Assembly (NCBI RefSeq): GCF_044704955.1
Contig: NC_091999.1
Coordinates: 57,102,001-57,166,000 of the forward strand
DNA from: Pristiophorus japonicus
Taxonomy: Eukaryota
Direction: 5' to 3'
DNA length: 64,000 bases
Shown: one piece after another, positions 46,431 to 60,190 of the stretch
Numbering within the stretch: position 1 is the stretch's first letter
How the letters are laid out: each line of letters begins with the position of its first letter
Position numbers and translations under genes: made by a program
Notes under the pieces: model-generated
What the model saw: only the letters and a program-made list of their open reading frames with translations
Databases searched by the model: none
What the model was told of the DNA's origin: nothing

Positions 46431-48659
46431 CATGAATACATGAGAACATCAGAAATAGGAGATGATTCGGCTCTTTGGCCCCTCGAGCCTGCCGCCATTC
46501 AATAAGTTGATGGCTGCAGCACCTGGGGTGGTTTTCCTTGCAGCAGTGAAGGTGTAGGGTAGGCTTAACAGAGGCGCTCACAATCAGGACGGCTTTCGAC
46601 TGAGTCAGGCATCAGAGTGGTCATGCTCACACAATCACAGAATGGTTACAGCACGGAAGGCCATTCAGCCCGTCACCCCTGCCGGGTCCCAGTTAATCCA
46701 ACTGCCCACCCTCTCCCCCGGCCCTGCAAATGATTTTTTTCAGATACTTATCCAGATTTATTTTTTGAAAGATGTGATTGAGAGTGTCTTCACCACCCTT
46801 TCAGGCCATGCATTCCGGATCCTAACCACTCGCTGTGTAAAATAGATTTTGTGATGTCACCATTGGTTCTTTTGCCATTCACCTTAAATCCATCTCCTCT
46901 GATTCTCTACCCTTCTGCCAGTGGGAACAGTATCTCTCTATCTACTATATCCGGACCCATCATGATTTTGAACACTTCTATCAATTCTCCTCTCAACCTT
47001 CTCTGCTCCAAGGAGAACATCCCCAGCTTCTCCAGTCAATCCACGTAACCAAAGTCCCTCATCTCGTGAATCATTCTTGTCAATCTTTTCTGCACCCTCT
47101 CTAAGGCCATCACATCCAAATCTGCGGTGCCCAGAATTGGACACAATGCTCCAGTTGAGACCGAACCAGTGTTTTACAAAGGTTCATCATAATCTCCTTG
47201 CTTTTGTACTCTGTGGTGCCCAGGATACTGTAAGCTTTTTTAATTGCTTTCTCAACCTGTCCTGCCACCTTCAGCGATTTGTGCACATATACCCGCAGGT
47301 CTCAATCTTCATGCACCCCTTTCGGATTGTACCCTTCAGTTTATATTGTCTCTCCTTGTTTATTTAATCATGCTTTTCTAATTGTATTTCTTAACTCAGG
47401 TTCACAGCCTTGTTTTATTTCTTTCTCCGAGCCTCTCAACTTAATGTGGCAGCATAATGTTGTCGAGTGGTGATTGATTGCCCTGGGAACCAACAGGAAG
47501 AGAGGTCAGGGGTCGGTGGGCCCAGAGAGCAGCGTGTTCTACAAACAATCGTGGTGCTTGAGGGGTGGATCCTGAGTCAGCCTGTCAGGTGAGTCCATAT
47601 GAATCCCTGTTAAAGAATTTATCTTTTAAAATTTAAATCGAGATTTCTTTTGTTAACAAAACAATTTAACATTTGTCAGTATTTTGTTTTCCTGGAGTTC
47701 CTATTATGAGTTTCAGACACTTCAGTGCCAAGTTAATCAGGTGTTTCAAGGTCATTCATTTCCCTCTTTCCATGTCGCTGTTAGTTAAAGGGATAGATAT
47801 TGATTTCCCCGCATTATGCATTCGTAGGTGAAGTAACATCCTTCCTCTTGGTAGTGAGTTACATTCTGTGCTGGCCGAGATGGCTGGTGGCATCAGCCTT
47901 TAAAATACGCATTCTCTTGTTCAAATCTCTCCAGGGTCTCGTCCTTCCCTATCTCTTCGGCGGCCCCACGCGTCCATCTCCCTGGTGGAGCGCCCCTCCC
48001 GAACTCTTCCCTGGCAGCGGGCCCTGCCCGAACTCTTCCACGGCGGGGCCCCGCCCGAACTCTTCAACCTTGAAAATGTAATCGGACAGGCAGGGCTGTG
48101 TTTGCTGCTGGAGGGCTCGAAGTGTTCCGGAACGGTTAGGTGCTGCAGTAGGTGAGGTGGCAACGTTTAATTTTTTATTTATTGATTGATTTTTAATTTA
48201 TATTTAAATTTTATTTATTGATTGAGTTATTGACCATTTATTATTGATAATGCTTCTGGATTTTCACAAGTGAAGTGCTTACTGTTTTGGAAAATCCTCC
48301 AACTTCCCATCCCTCCACAACCCCTCCGCCGCCCACTATTTCTGGCTACCGGCGCCTGATTTCTAAAGTGTTCGCAAGGTTTTTCTGAGCGTACAAAAGG
48401 GAGCACTGACTCAGGCCTAAGTTAGTTTGGAGTAACTGTTCGCTGTCTAAACTTGCTTAACTGGCCAAAATGGGCGTAAGTGGCTGGAAAAAGAAACTGA
48501 CCTAACTGACTGAAAGTGGAACAAACTAAACGTGGACAATTGTGATTTATTCGATACTCCAAAACAATAGGAGTAACTCCTGTCGAAACTTGGACTCTAG
48601 ATGTGTCTATCCTGAATTTGTGTCTTGTACTGACAGTGATGAGTTATGTTATCTCCTTT

Positions 48660-49783
48660 TACTGCGTATTAAAAGGGGAGATTTTCAGACAGGAAATACA
48701 AACCAAACATCGTGTCAAGATCTGACGGAGTCAATCATTCATCAGGACATAATATCATCAGCCTTTGAAAGTGGAAGGAGAAATGTTTGTCTGTCCTGCC
48801 TGAGAGAAAATATTGCAATTATCAGTGTGACTGGAAAGGCACCGAGACTAACACACCCGAGTGAGTGTTCCAGTGCACTGCCTGTGGAAAGAGCTTTAAT
48901 CAGTTACACAGCCTGAAGAAACATTGCTCCATTCACAGAGCGGAGAAACTGTAAATGTGTTGTGTGTGTGGGTTAGGCTTCAACTGATCGTCCAACCATG
49001 GAGAGTCACAAGGACAGCCGCACCATGGAGAAACCATGGAAATGTGGCGGCTGTGGGAAGGGATTCAGATCGGCATCAGATCTTGAAATTAATCGACGCA
49101 GTCACAGTGGGGAGTGGCCAGTTACCTGCCCCATGTGTGGGAAGGGATTCACTGGTTCATCCGACCTTGTAGTTCAACAGCGAGTTCACACGGGGGAGAG
49201 GCCGTTCAACTGCTCCGTGTGTGGGAAGGGATTCACTCAGTCATCCCACCTGCTGACACACCAGGGAGTTCACACTGGGGAGAGGTCGTTTTCCTGCTCA
49301 GAGTGTGGGAAGAGATTCATTACTTCATTCACCCTGCTGACACAGGAGCGAGTTCCCACTGGGGAGAGGCCGTTCACCTGCTCTACGTGTGGGAAGGGAT
49401 TCACTCAGTCATCCCACCTGCAGTCACACCAGCGAGTTCAAACTGGCGAGAGGCCGTTCACCTGCTCTGGGTGTGGGAAGGGATTCTTTCTGTCATCTGA
49501 CCTGCTGGCACACCAGCGAGTTCACACTGGGGAGAGGCCGTTCACCTGCTCGGAGTGTGGGAAGGGATTCACTCGGTCATCCGCCCTGACGACACACCAG
49601 CGAGTTCACACTGGTGAGTGGCCATTCACCTGCTCTGAGTGTGGGAAGGCATTATTTCGATCATCCCAGCTGCTGGGCCACCAGCGAGTTCACACGGCGG
49701 AGAGGCCGTTCCCCTGCTCTGTGTGTAGTAAGGGATTAACTCAGTATTCCACACTGCTGAGACACCAGCGAGTTCCCAACTGA
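48660..49783 (+). CDS. KRAB-less C2H2 zinc-finger gene, partly degenerate (ORF 48998-49783, 261 aa, 9 finger repeats)
   Basis: CxxC...HxxxH repeats with TGERPF linkers; only 4 of 9 keep both His. Upstream fingers are frameshifted, and the acceptor is altered relative to the paralog at 53570. Confidence 0.8.
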
Positions 49784-50394
49784 CTGCAGGTGCTGGAATC
49801 TGCTTTTAATCACATCCTGACTGAACCATGTTCATTCTGACAATTGAGGTTTGTTTCTGATGATAACTCCAGTAACTGGACTGGAGTTTAATATTTGGGA
49901 TATATAAAAATGAATAAATAAATAAATGGAGGGATGCAGGAGGTAGGGGGTTGTTGCCCAGTCTCCTGGTCGGATGCACACCTACTCGCCAAGCGTTGTC
50001 GTGAGTAACCCGGTTTCAAATGACTGAAAATGATGCTAATAAAACACACCAAACTATTTTCTAGTTAGATTGGGGTACAGTAGTCAATTCCTCAATAAAT
50101 AAAAAATTAAAAGAAATTTATTCTTGAATGCTCTTCCACGTTGGTTAAACGTTTTTTCAGAAGTTTTACAAGTTTTTTGTGGAGTTTTTAAAAAGTTTTT
50201 GCAAGTTATTTATAAGTTTCCCAAGTTGATTTAAAGTTTAAAATGAAAGTCAGTACTAAGCTACCTCCTTTGATACTATTCCATGGGCGCTGCCAGCCCT
50301 CTGCAGCTGCACAAAGCCCTGGCTAGACCACATCTGGAGTACTGCGGGGAAGTAGAGGCCTGGTCGTCTCCGAAGGGGGCCCGAATGCCTGGAC

Positions 50395-50880
50395 ACCATA
50401 TACAGTTCCATGGTTAGAATCTCCGTGTACAGTGCAAGGTTGAGTATCCCCATGTGCTCTCCCAGGTTTAGAATCCCCGTGTATAGTGCCAGGTTTATAA
50501 TCTCCATGTACAATTCCAGGGTTCGAATTCCCGTGTGCATTGCCAGGTTTAGAATCCCCATTTACTCCCCCAGGTTTAGAATCCCCATGTACTCTCCCAG
50601 GTTTAGAAACCCCATGTACTGTCCCAGGGTTAGAATGCCCATGTGCTCTCCCAGGGTTAGAATCTCCATGTACAGTCCCTGGGTTAGAATCCCCATGTAC
50701 AGTCACAGGGTTGGAATCCCCAGGTACAGTCCCAGGATTAGAATCCCCATGTACAGTGCCAGGGTTAGAATCCCCATGTACAGTGCCAGGGTTAGAATCC
50801 CCATGTATAGTGCCAGGGTTAGAATCACCATGTACTCTCCCAGGGTTGGAATCGCAATGTACAGTTTCAGAGTTGGAATG
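50395..50880 (+). repeat. 27-bp minisatellite (ccagggttagaatccccatgtacagtg), about 17 copies
   Basis: 9-aa periodicity (GDSNPGTVH / PGLESPCTV). Confidence 0.93.
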
Positions 50881-51219
50881 CTGTGACTGTACACAGTCGA
50901 AGAGAAAATATTGAGGCCTTAAATCTGAGATGGGAAAAAATATCATAGAAACATAATTCAATTTCTATACTAAACAATTTGAAATCAAATCAAATGAATT
51001 GTTGCAACTAACACGTTCCTTTCATGCCAAATGGGAAACAAGTGATGTGTGGTGAGCGCAGGAGAGTTTGCGCCCAGTTACACAGCATGTCCATGGCTCT
51101 CCACTCCAAATGCACTTCCTTAGGTTCGCATTCTCATTGACACATCCAACTGACTGGATGGACCTCGCCCTTTAAACCGCCTCACAGAAATATCAGCATT
51201 TGATGTTTAGTTTTCCAAA

Positions 51220-51790
51220 CCTTTATATAAAACTGGTTAGGCTTCAGCTGGAGAATTGTGTTCAAGTTTGGGCTCCAAACTTTCGGAATGATGCTCAGCT
51301 TTTAGAGAAGGTGCAGAAGGGACAGTGCCAGGGATGTGGGACTTTCTAGATGAGGAGAACCTGGTGAAGTTTTCTCCAGAGTGTAGGAAAGAGTAAAAGG
51401 AGTTTTGACGGAGATGTACAAAATTATGAATGATTTAGAAGATTGAGTAAATATGGAAATTCTTTCCAGTGGCATTAGGTTAGGTAACCAGAGGAGTCAG
51501 ACTTCCGATGATTGGCAAAATGACGAGAGATGAGATGCAGGATCATTTATTACCCAGCGAATTGTGACGATCCGGAATGCACTCTCTGAAAGGGTGGTGG
51601 AAGCAGATTCAATTGTAACTTTTAAAAGGGAATTGGATAAATACTTGCCGGGAAAAATATACCGAGCTATGGGTAAAGAGCAGAGCAGTGAGACTGAATG
51701 AACAGCTCCACCAAAGAACTGGCACAGACACGATTGGCTGCATGGCCTTCTGTGCTGTACCACTCCCTGACAATGGCGAATGATTGTTTC
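51220..51790 (+). mobile_element. Old CR1 3' fragment
   Basis: Degenerate LYKTLVR.QLE.CVQ.WAP and F.QR.V..WNAL motifs. Confidence 0.65.
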
Positions 51791-51919
51791 CCAGAGTGAA
51801 CCACCCGGGGAATATGCCCTATCTCCATCAGCAGCGAGGCAACACGCGGGAAGGGCTGGTTCCCAGAGAGCACCTCCCTGTGCGAAGAGGCTCCCCGCCA
51901 ATGAGCGGAGCGAGCACGG

Positions 51920-52345
51920 CGCCGGACAATGCCGAGTGAAGCTCTCAGGACCCGTGCAACACCCAGTGCGGCCCTCAGGCCCCAGGCAACACCGAGTGTG
52001 GCTCTCAGGCCCCGGACAACACCGAGTGCAGCTCTCAGGCCCCTGGCATCACCGAGTGCGGCCCTCAGGCCCCCGACAACACCGAGTGCGGCTCTCAGGC
52101 CCCGGACAACACCGAGTGCGGTCCTCAGGCCCCGGGCAACACCAAGTGCGGCCCTCAGGCCCCGGGCAACACCGAGTGCGGCCCTCAGGCCCCGGACAAC
52201 ACCGAGTGCGGCCCTCAGGCCTCGGGCAACACCGAGTGCGGCTCTCAGGCCCCAGACAACACCGAATGCGGCTCTCAGGCCCCGGACAACACCGAGTGCG
52301 GCCCTCAGGCCGCGGGCAACACCGACTGTGGCTCTCAGGCCCCGA
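51920..52345 (+). repeat. 30-bp GC-rich minisatellite (caacaccgagtgcggccctcaggccccgg.), about 14 copies
   Basis: 10-aa periodicity (TPSAALRPRA). Confidence 0.93.
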
Positions 52346-52514
52346 GTCGGAGAGCCGGGCCTTGCAGCAGCAAACCCCGGGGGCAGTGCCTCCCCCAAAC
52401 CACGAAAACAACTACTTGCATTTATACAGCAGACCCAGCAATTCCCAGCCGCTCTGTATCAGGGTGGGTGCTGGATGCGAAGTCAATCCCAGTCCTCCTG
52501 TACAGTATTGTATT

Positions 52515-53120
52515 AGGCAGTCCCTTGAATCGAGGATGACCCACTTCCACACCAAAAAGGGATGATTTCACAGATGTCTCAATATAAGACCTGATATTCC
52601 GGTCCCGAACTACATATTGAAGGGTGGGAGAAGCCCGTGCGTGGATTATTTTAATGTATGTGTCCATTGCACACCAACAACCACACGGGCTGGACAGAGC
52701 GAGGTCTTGGTCCAGTGGCAAGTGTTAATCAAGACGACTGGAGACCAATCTCTGTTGCACATGCTCCGACTGCCCATAGATCGAAGTGTGGTCTGGCCGA
52801 TTCTGTCCCTGGGCCCTTGCCTCTTCCAGGCGCCGAACTCTCGCCTCTCATGGGCCCCAATCTCTCCGCCCCGAACTCTCGCCTCTTGTGGCCCCAATCT
52901 CTCCGCTCCAAACTCTCGCCTCTCCTTGGCCCCAATCTCTCTGCTCCGAACTATCGCTTCCCCTTGGCCCCAATCTCTCTGCCCCGAATTCGCTCCACTT
53001 GAGGGCCCCAATCTCTCAGCGGTACTACACCCCGACCTCACCAATCTTCTGCTGCTTGCAGCATCGCCTGCTGTACCTGGGCCGTTCCGATGGTCCTGCC
53101 CATGCTCCAATCGGTGACCT
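52515..53120 (-). mobile_element. RTE-tailed SINE-like element with an internal ~38-bp tandem repeat (52830-53020)
   Basis: taggcagtcccttgaatcgagga end shared with the RTE at ~34605; repeated ggccccaatctctccgccccgaactctcgcctct. Confidence 0.55.
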
Positions 53121-53570
53121 GGATTCCGGTACAAAGCAAACTCTAGATTCTCAAATCTCCAAATCTCGGGCAATTTAGAGTAGATCGACTCTCAACTATG
53201 CTGCAAATTTTAGAAAGATGCTTTGGATACCTGGCCTCCTGTGTGGGTCTGTTTGTTGCATCAGTTTGAGCTGGAGCGGAGATGGAGGAGAAGCTGCTGG
53301 GTTTCACCCCCAGTAAATCTGCGCACAGTGGGACCAACAATTCCCCATGTGGGGCTATCAATGGAGGTGGGTTCCCTTCCCTGATGACAACCCCAGGACA
53401 TTAATGAACCAGTTGGGTTTTACCACAAACTGGCAGCTTTCTTGGTTACTACTTCTAGTGCTGGCCCCACAAATGACCAAGTTCATTAAATTCAATTTCT
53501 CAACCTGCCTTTGTGTTTTTGTGGATTCTCTCTCACCCACCCTTTTTCCTGTCTGAAATTCACTTTACAG

Positions 53571-54033
<463 letters not shown>

Positions 54034-56609
54034 CTGTAGGGGTTGGGATCTGCTCTTATTGCTGCTGTTAATCACATCCTGATTGTACCATGTTCATTCT
54101 GACAGTTGGGGTTTGTTTCCGCTGATGTTAATAACTCCTGTAACTGGACTGGAGTTTAATATTTGGAATATAGAGAAATAAATTCGTGTTGCTTTCAACA
54201 CATTGCTGTAGATTTTTGTCTTTCCCGAGTGTTTAGCATCACCTGGTTGGAGCTCAGTGAGGACAATCTGGGGGAGGATCGAATGGGGGGAGAACTTCAG
54301 CCTGGACACAGTCCTTCAGGGTCACACTGAGAGGGGCAAATGGCACTTTGGTCTTTACCATCTCTCTTCACTGTCAGCAAAGTCACCGTGCGGGTTAATC
54401 TTGACGTGTAAAGTGTGGATGATATCCACTCAAGGGTCTTTAAAGACATGGGACGGGTGCTCTGCCAGCCCCTTGCCTAGATCTCCAACAGCTCAGTAGA
54501 GTCATGGGTTGTTCCCTGAGATTGGAAGGTAGCACATGTAGTTCCCATTTTTCAACTTGGGCACCAGTCAGAGCTCGGTAACAGAAGGCCCATCAACGTG
54601 ACCTCGATCACCGGGAAGGTGCTTGAAGGGATCCTGAGAGATTCTGTTTTCAATCATGGGGAAAGGGAAGGGGCCATTACAGATACTGAACATGGATTCC
54701 GGTAAACATGGTCACGTCTTAGAAACTAGATTGAGTTTGTAAAGAAGTTGTTAGATTGGTGGATGGGGGAATCCAGTTGACATTGTCAAACTCATTTTCT
54801 ATGGTGGGCCTGATCCAATATTCTGGCACTTGGCATGGGCCACATTCAGCAAAAACTATTATAATAGGAATAAATGAAGATAAATTACATCGGAAATTAC
54901 ATTTAGATTTTATTTACTGCATCTGCTCCCGATCCCTGGTACCTCTTAGCTGAGCATTCATGAGCTGACCCTGTTCAAACCATAACCACAAGGATATCGG
55001 TGCATGGTTCTGCCTGTGACCACAAGACTGTGTCACTGCCACACATAGATACCGTTTTCTTGTTTCACATCTCCATACAAACATCATCACTTCACACATC
55101 CTCTTTCTACACAATTGCAGCAGACATGAGCAAGGACATGAGGCTTATTAAAAGACACATTTCAATAGAGCAAAGGTTACACTGGGAGAAATGTTCAGTT
55201 ATTTTCCATTACAGGCAAAATGCCGGACAAATCAGCAGCACACTGGCCCCTGAACAGTGTCTCATTGGCCTACAGGCTTTTCTTAAATAGATTTGCTGCA
55301 TCGATACAAACTTAAACCAGCTTTGCAGGCGTGATGCTCTATTCACACATTGAAGGTGAGAGAGATGCTACGGGGCACACGCTAAGTCCAGTAGCTGAAA
55401 GTGATTAACAGACTGGGTTTTCTGTTTAGTGATCCCGGGCGTGTTACCAATACCAGCAAAGATGAAGCCCCTGGAATAAAAGGGACAGTGTATACTGTCT
55501 CACTGTGAGCTACTCAGAATGAGAAGCTTTAACAACAGCCGATGTTTCATAAACGGAGACCTCACCAGACTAAAGGACATTGGTGGCGTTTAGTTGGCTG
55601 TTTGTGTCACTGGGCTACAGGAGGCTATTTGTGACAGAAGGAAAGCTGGTCACAGCAAACAAACAGTTTACCGGCCTGTCCAGGGCCCACTCTGACCCCC
55701 ACCTTCTCTCTCTCACTATTGATGGACACTGCTGCAGTAATTGCTCCTCTGACCTTTCCTGTCTCGTTCCTCCTATACCCCTAATACACGACCCGACAAA
55801 ATCTCCCACCCACTACATCCTCACTGTGCTGGAACCCACACCAGACTCTCCATCTTCTCCTTGTTCTCTCCTTGGATCCTGAAGCTACAGAACTCACTGG
55901 TCCCTCCTGAAATCTACAGGCTCTAAAACTGAAGCTTGGTGGCCCTCAGTCCCCACTCCTTGATTTACCTCCCCTTCTCTCCTCCTCTTTCCCCCTTGAT
56001 TGTGTTCCACACTCTGGGCCTTGGGCCTTCCCCGGGGATTCTCGGTATGAACAGGGGGATGTGTGTTGAGACAGGATGTCCCAGCTCTCCATCTTTAAAG
56101 GGACAAGGAGAGGACCAGCTGGGATGAATGGCCCTGCTTTATGACATCACTGCAGCGCCTCGCAACCACCCTCCCTGAGCCCTGCTCATTATTGGCTGGG
56201 TTGAGCTCAGTGCTGTTACAGGAAGGGAAACAGGAGCAGGATTCGAGCCGTATGGAACCCAGGATTAATGGGGAGAGGTACAGGATCAATGTATACCTTA
56301 TCGAGTGAGAAATGTCAGTGTCCCGGAAACTGCCTGTCCCTCAGTATCTGTGTCGGAGAGCGACCGATGGGTTCACTCTGTATCTGACCTGTGCTGTGCC
56401 CGACTGGAGAGTGTTTGATGCTGACATGGGCTGCTCAGCTCGAGGAGCACAACATTTAACCCAAAGATGATTAAATAAACCCATCAGCTTCTCCCCTGAA
56501 TACATGTCCTTTAGGGCAGGGAGTTTCTCTAATAATTTGGCTGGCGTCCTTCATCAAATTTAAACATCTCATATCTTTTTAAAAATGTGTTCATGGAATA
56601 TGTGTGTCG

Positions 56610-57580
56610 CCTCTCACCTCTCATTCTTCTAAACGCTGGAGAATATAGGCCTGGTCTATTCAATCTCTCATAGGACAATCCCCCCATCCCAGGAATCAGT
56701 CTGGTGAACCTTCATTGCTGTCCCTCTATAGCAAGTTTATCTTTCCTTAGCTAAGGAGACCAAAAGAGTACACAATACTCCTGGTGTGGTCTCACCAGGG
56801 CCCTGTATAATTGCATTAAGACGTAAATACTCAAATCTTTTTGTAATAAAGACCAATATACCATTTGATTTCTTAATTGCTTGCTGCACCTGCATATTAA
56901 CTTTTGGCGATTTGTGTACAAGAACATCCAGGTCCCTCTGAACACAATGTTTCCCAATCTCTCACCATTTAAAATAAATACTCTGCCTTTCTATTTTTAC
57001 TATGAGTGCCTAACTTAACATTTCTTCACATTATATTCCATTTGCCATGTTCTTGCCCACTCACTGAGACTGTATATATCCCTTTGAAAACTCTTTTTAT
57101 CCTCCTCACAACTTACATTCCCAACTAGCTTTGTATACTCAGCAAACTTCGACATATTACATTTGGTCCAAATTATTGATATAGATTGTGAATAGCTGGG
57201 GCCCAAGCACCGATCCTTGCAGCACCCCACCAGTTACATCCTGCGAACCCGAAAATCACCCGTTTATTCCTACTCTCTGTTTTCTGTCCATTAACCAATC
57301 CTTAATCCTTGCTCGTATATTACCTTCAATCCCATGAGCCCTAATTTTGTTTTATAACCTCTTGTGTGGCACCTCATCGAATGCCTTCTGTAAATCTAAA
57401 TACACCATATCCAGTGGTTCGCCGTTATCTATCCTGCTAGTTACAACCTCAAAAAATGCTCACAGATTTGTCATGTACAATTTACCTTAATAAATCCATG
57501 CTGATTCTGCCCAATCCTGTTAGTACTTACAACATGCTTAATAGTAGATTTTAGCATTTTTGCTACAACTGATGTCAGGA
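56610..57580 (-). mobile_element. CR1 RT fragment
   Basis: LYRALVRPHQEYC, SKFAEYTKL, WQMEYNVKKC. Confidence 0.85.
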
Positions 57581-57589
57581 CGACCATTA

Positions 57590-59650
57590 ATGCACGGGTT
57601 AGATACAGAGTAAATCTCACTCCATCTTGTCCCAAAAGTACTGGGGTTGATTCAGATTAAATTACAGTCTACAATATCCCAAACACTCCCAGGGGAGGTA
57701 CAACATGGGTCCGATACACAGTAAAGCTCCCTCAACACGGTGCCATCAAACAGCACCAGGGCAGGTACAGCACTAGGTTGATACAGAGTAAAGCTCCCTC
57801 TACACTGTTCCATCAAACACTCCCAGGGCAGTTACAGCATGGGTTAGACACGTGGTACATCTCCCACTACCCTGTCCCAACCATTCCAGGGCAAGTACAG
57901 CATGGATTAGATATAGACTAAATCTCCGTCTATACTGTTCCACTGGACATTCCCAGAGCAGCTACTGCATTGGTTCGATACTAAGTAAAGCTCCCTTTGC
58001 ACTGTCCAAATACACATTCCAAGGGCAGGTACAGCATAATTTAGATACAGTGTAATTCTCTCTCTAATCTCTCCCTACAATTGTACAGGGCCTTCATGAG
58101 ACCAAACTTGGAGTACTGTGCACAGTTTTCGTCTCCTTATCGAAGGAATGATATACCTTGCCTTGCTTAGATACCGAGTAAAGCTCCCTCGACACTGTCC
58201 CACCAGACATTCCAAGGGCAGGTACAACACGGGGTTAGATATAGAGTAAAGATCCGTCTACATTTTCCCATCAAACACTCCCAGGACAGATACAGCACGG
58301 CATAAATAGAGAGTAATCACTCCCTCTACAATACCCCAACAAAAATTCTGAGGCAGGTACAGCACGGGTTAGATACAGAGTAAAGCTCCATCTACATTCT
58401 CCCATCAAACACTCCCGGCGAAGGATAGAACAGGGTAGTCTATAATATAAGAAATAGGAGCAGGAGTAGGCCACTTGCCCCTCAAGACTGCTCCGCCATT
58501 TAATAAGATTATGGCTGATTGATCTTGGGCTCAGCTCCACTTTCCTGCCTGCTCCCCATACACCTTATTCGCTTATCGCTCAAAAATCTGTCTATCTCCG
58601 CCTTTAATATATTCAATGACCCAGCCTCTACTGCTCTCTGGGGCAGAAATTCCATAGATTTACAACCCTTGGGAGAAGAAATTTCTCCTCATTTCAGTTT
58701 TAAATGAGCGATCTCTTATTCTGAGACTAGGTCCCCGAGTTTTAGTTTCCCCAATGAGTGCAAATATCTTCGCTGCATTCACCTTTTCGAGCCCTCTCAT
58801 TATCTTATCTGTTTTCCAATCCATCTTTGGATCATCAGCAATCTTTGCTACATTACACGCAGTCCCTTCATCCAAGTCATTAATATAGATTGTAAATAGT
58901 TGAGGACCGAGCACCGACACTGTAGTACCCCACTAGTCACTGTTTGCCAACTGGAAAATGGCCCATTTATCCCGACTCAGATTCAAAGTAAAGCTTCGTC
59001 TACATTAACCCATCAAACACAACTAGGGCAGGTCGATCACGGGTTCGAAACAGAGTAAAGCTCCCTCTACACTGTCCCATCAAACACTCTGAGGTGAAGT
59101 ACAGCACGGTTTAAACACAGAGTAAATCTCTCTCTACACAGTCCAACGGCAGATACAGCACGGGTTACATACAGAGTAAAGCTCCTCCTGCACTGTCCTA
59201 AAGAATCCCACGTCAGGTACAGCAAGGGTTAGTCACAATTTAAAGCCCCCTTCAAGCTGACCTATCAAACACTCCCATGGCAGGACAGCACAGGTTAAAT
59301 ACACAATTAATTACACATTGTCCATTCAACTATTCCAGGGCACTTGCAACGCAGGTTAGATGCAGAGTAAAGGTCCCTCTACATGGTCTCACCAGACATT
59401 CAAAGGCAGATACAGCACGGGTTACATAAAGATTAAATCTCCCTCTAGCCTGTCCCTAATTCTCCCAGGTTAGGTACTGCATTGGTTAGATAGAATTAAT
59501 CTCCCTGTACGCTGTCCCATCAAACACTGCAGAACATGTACAGCATCGGTTAGATACAGAGTTAATCTCCATGCAGCTGTCCCAAAAATACTCTGAGGGC
59601 AGGTACAGCACGGGTGAGATACTGAGTGACGCTCCCCCTCGACTGTCCAG
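57590..59650 (+). repeat. 67-bp satellite array with CR1 inserts (58070-58160 +, 58445-58980 -)
   Basis: gggttagatacagagtaaagctccctctacactgtcccatcaaacactcc units. Confidence 0.88.
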
Positions 59651-59690
59651 TCAAATGTTATTGAAAGAGGAGCAGGCTCAGGGGTCCGGG

Positions 59691-60190
59691 TGGCCCACTC
59701 CTGCTCCTATTTCTCATGGACTTATGTATCCAGCACGCCCAGCGGGGGAGAATGTGCCGCACCCAGACTACAGGAGCTCAGTGCGCAGGCGCGGGCCCTG
59801 GCTCTGTTTGGAGCATGCGCGACGCGTGTAATGGCGGAGAAGACGTGTTTTGGACAGTCTCTCAGAAGTGTCCTTTTCAGCCGGACGGAGGGAAGTAATG
59901 GACCTGCGGGAGTTGGGGAGGCTTCATAAACAACCGGTGCCCGCCGCAAGCCTGGAATAATAACCGGAATATCGGCGGTTGCAGCTTGTGGCTTTCTCCC
60001 GGTCACAGCCCCAGGCTAACGCCGGCCATGTTTGTGCAGGAAGGCAGGTTCAGCGCTCCACCATCTTAATTCAGTGAGTAGCACAGCGCATGCGCGGCCA
60101 TCTTGGTGCAGGAACAAAATAAATGATGTCACTGGTATTGAACCTCGCCAGAGTCAGTACCTTCAGGGGAGGGGAACCAGTGAGTGTTGA
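59691..60190 (+). promoter_or_regulatory. CpG-rich promoter cassette, copy 2, with a single 54-bp unit, truncated by CR1
   Basis: Colinear with 45126-45620; GCGCATGCGC at 60086-60095, GCCATCTT at 60097. Confidence 0.6.

Noticed and set aside
45576-52345. CRISPR-like arrays (54-, 27- and 30-bp repeats)
   Set aside because: Units are head-to-tail with no unique spacers, there are no cas genes, and the context is a vertebrate genome.
51667-52565. Repetitive proteins of 195-261 aa
   Set aside because: Products of a stop-free 30-bp VNTR; no splice or expression support.
55000-55480. Possible small exons (AG...GTGAG)
   Set aside because: No recognisable protein family, and the frame checked contains a stop.
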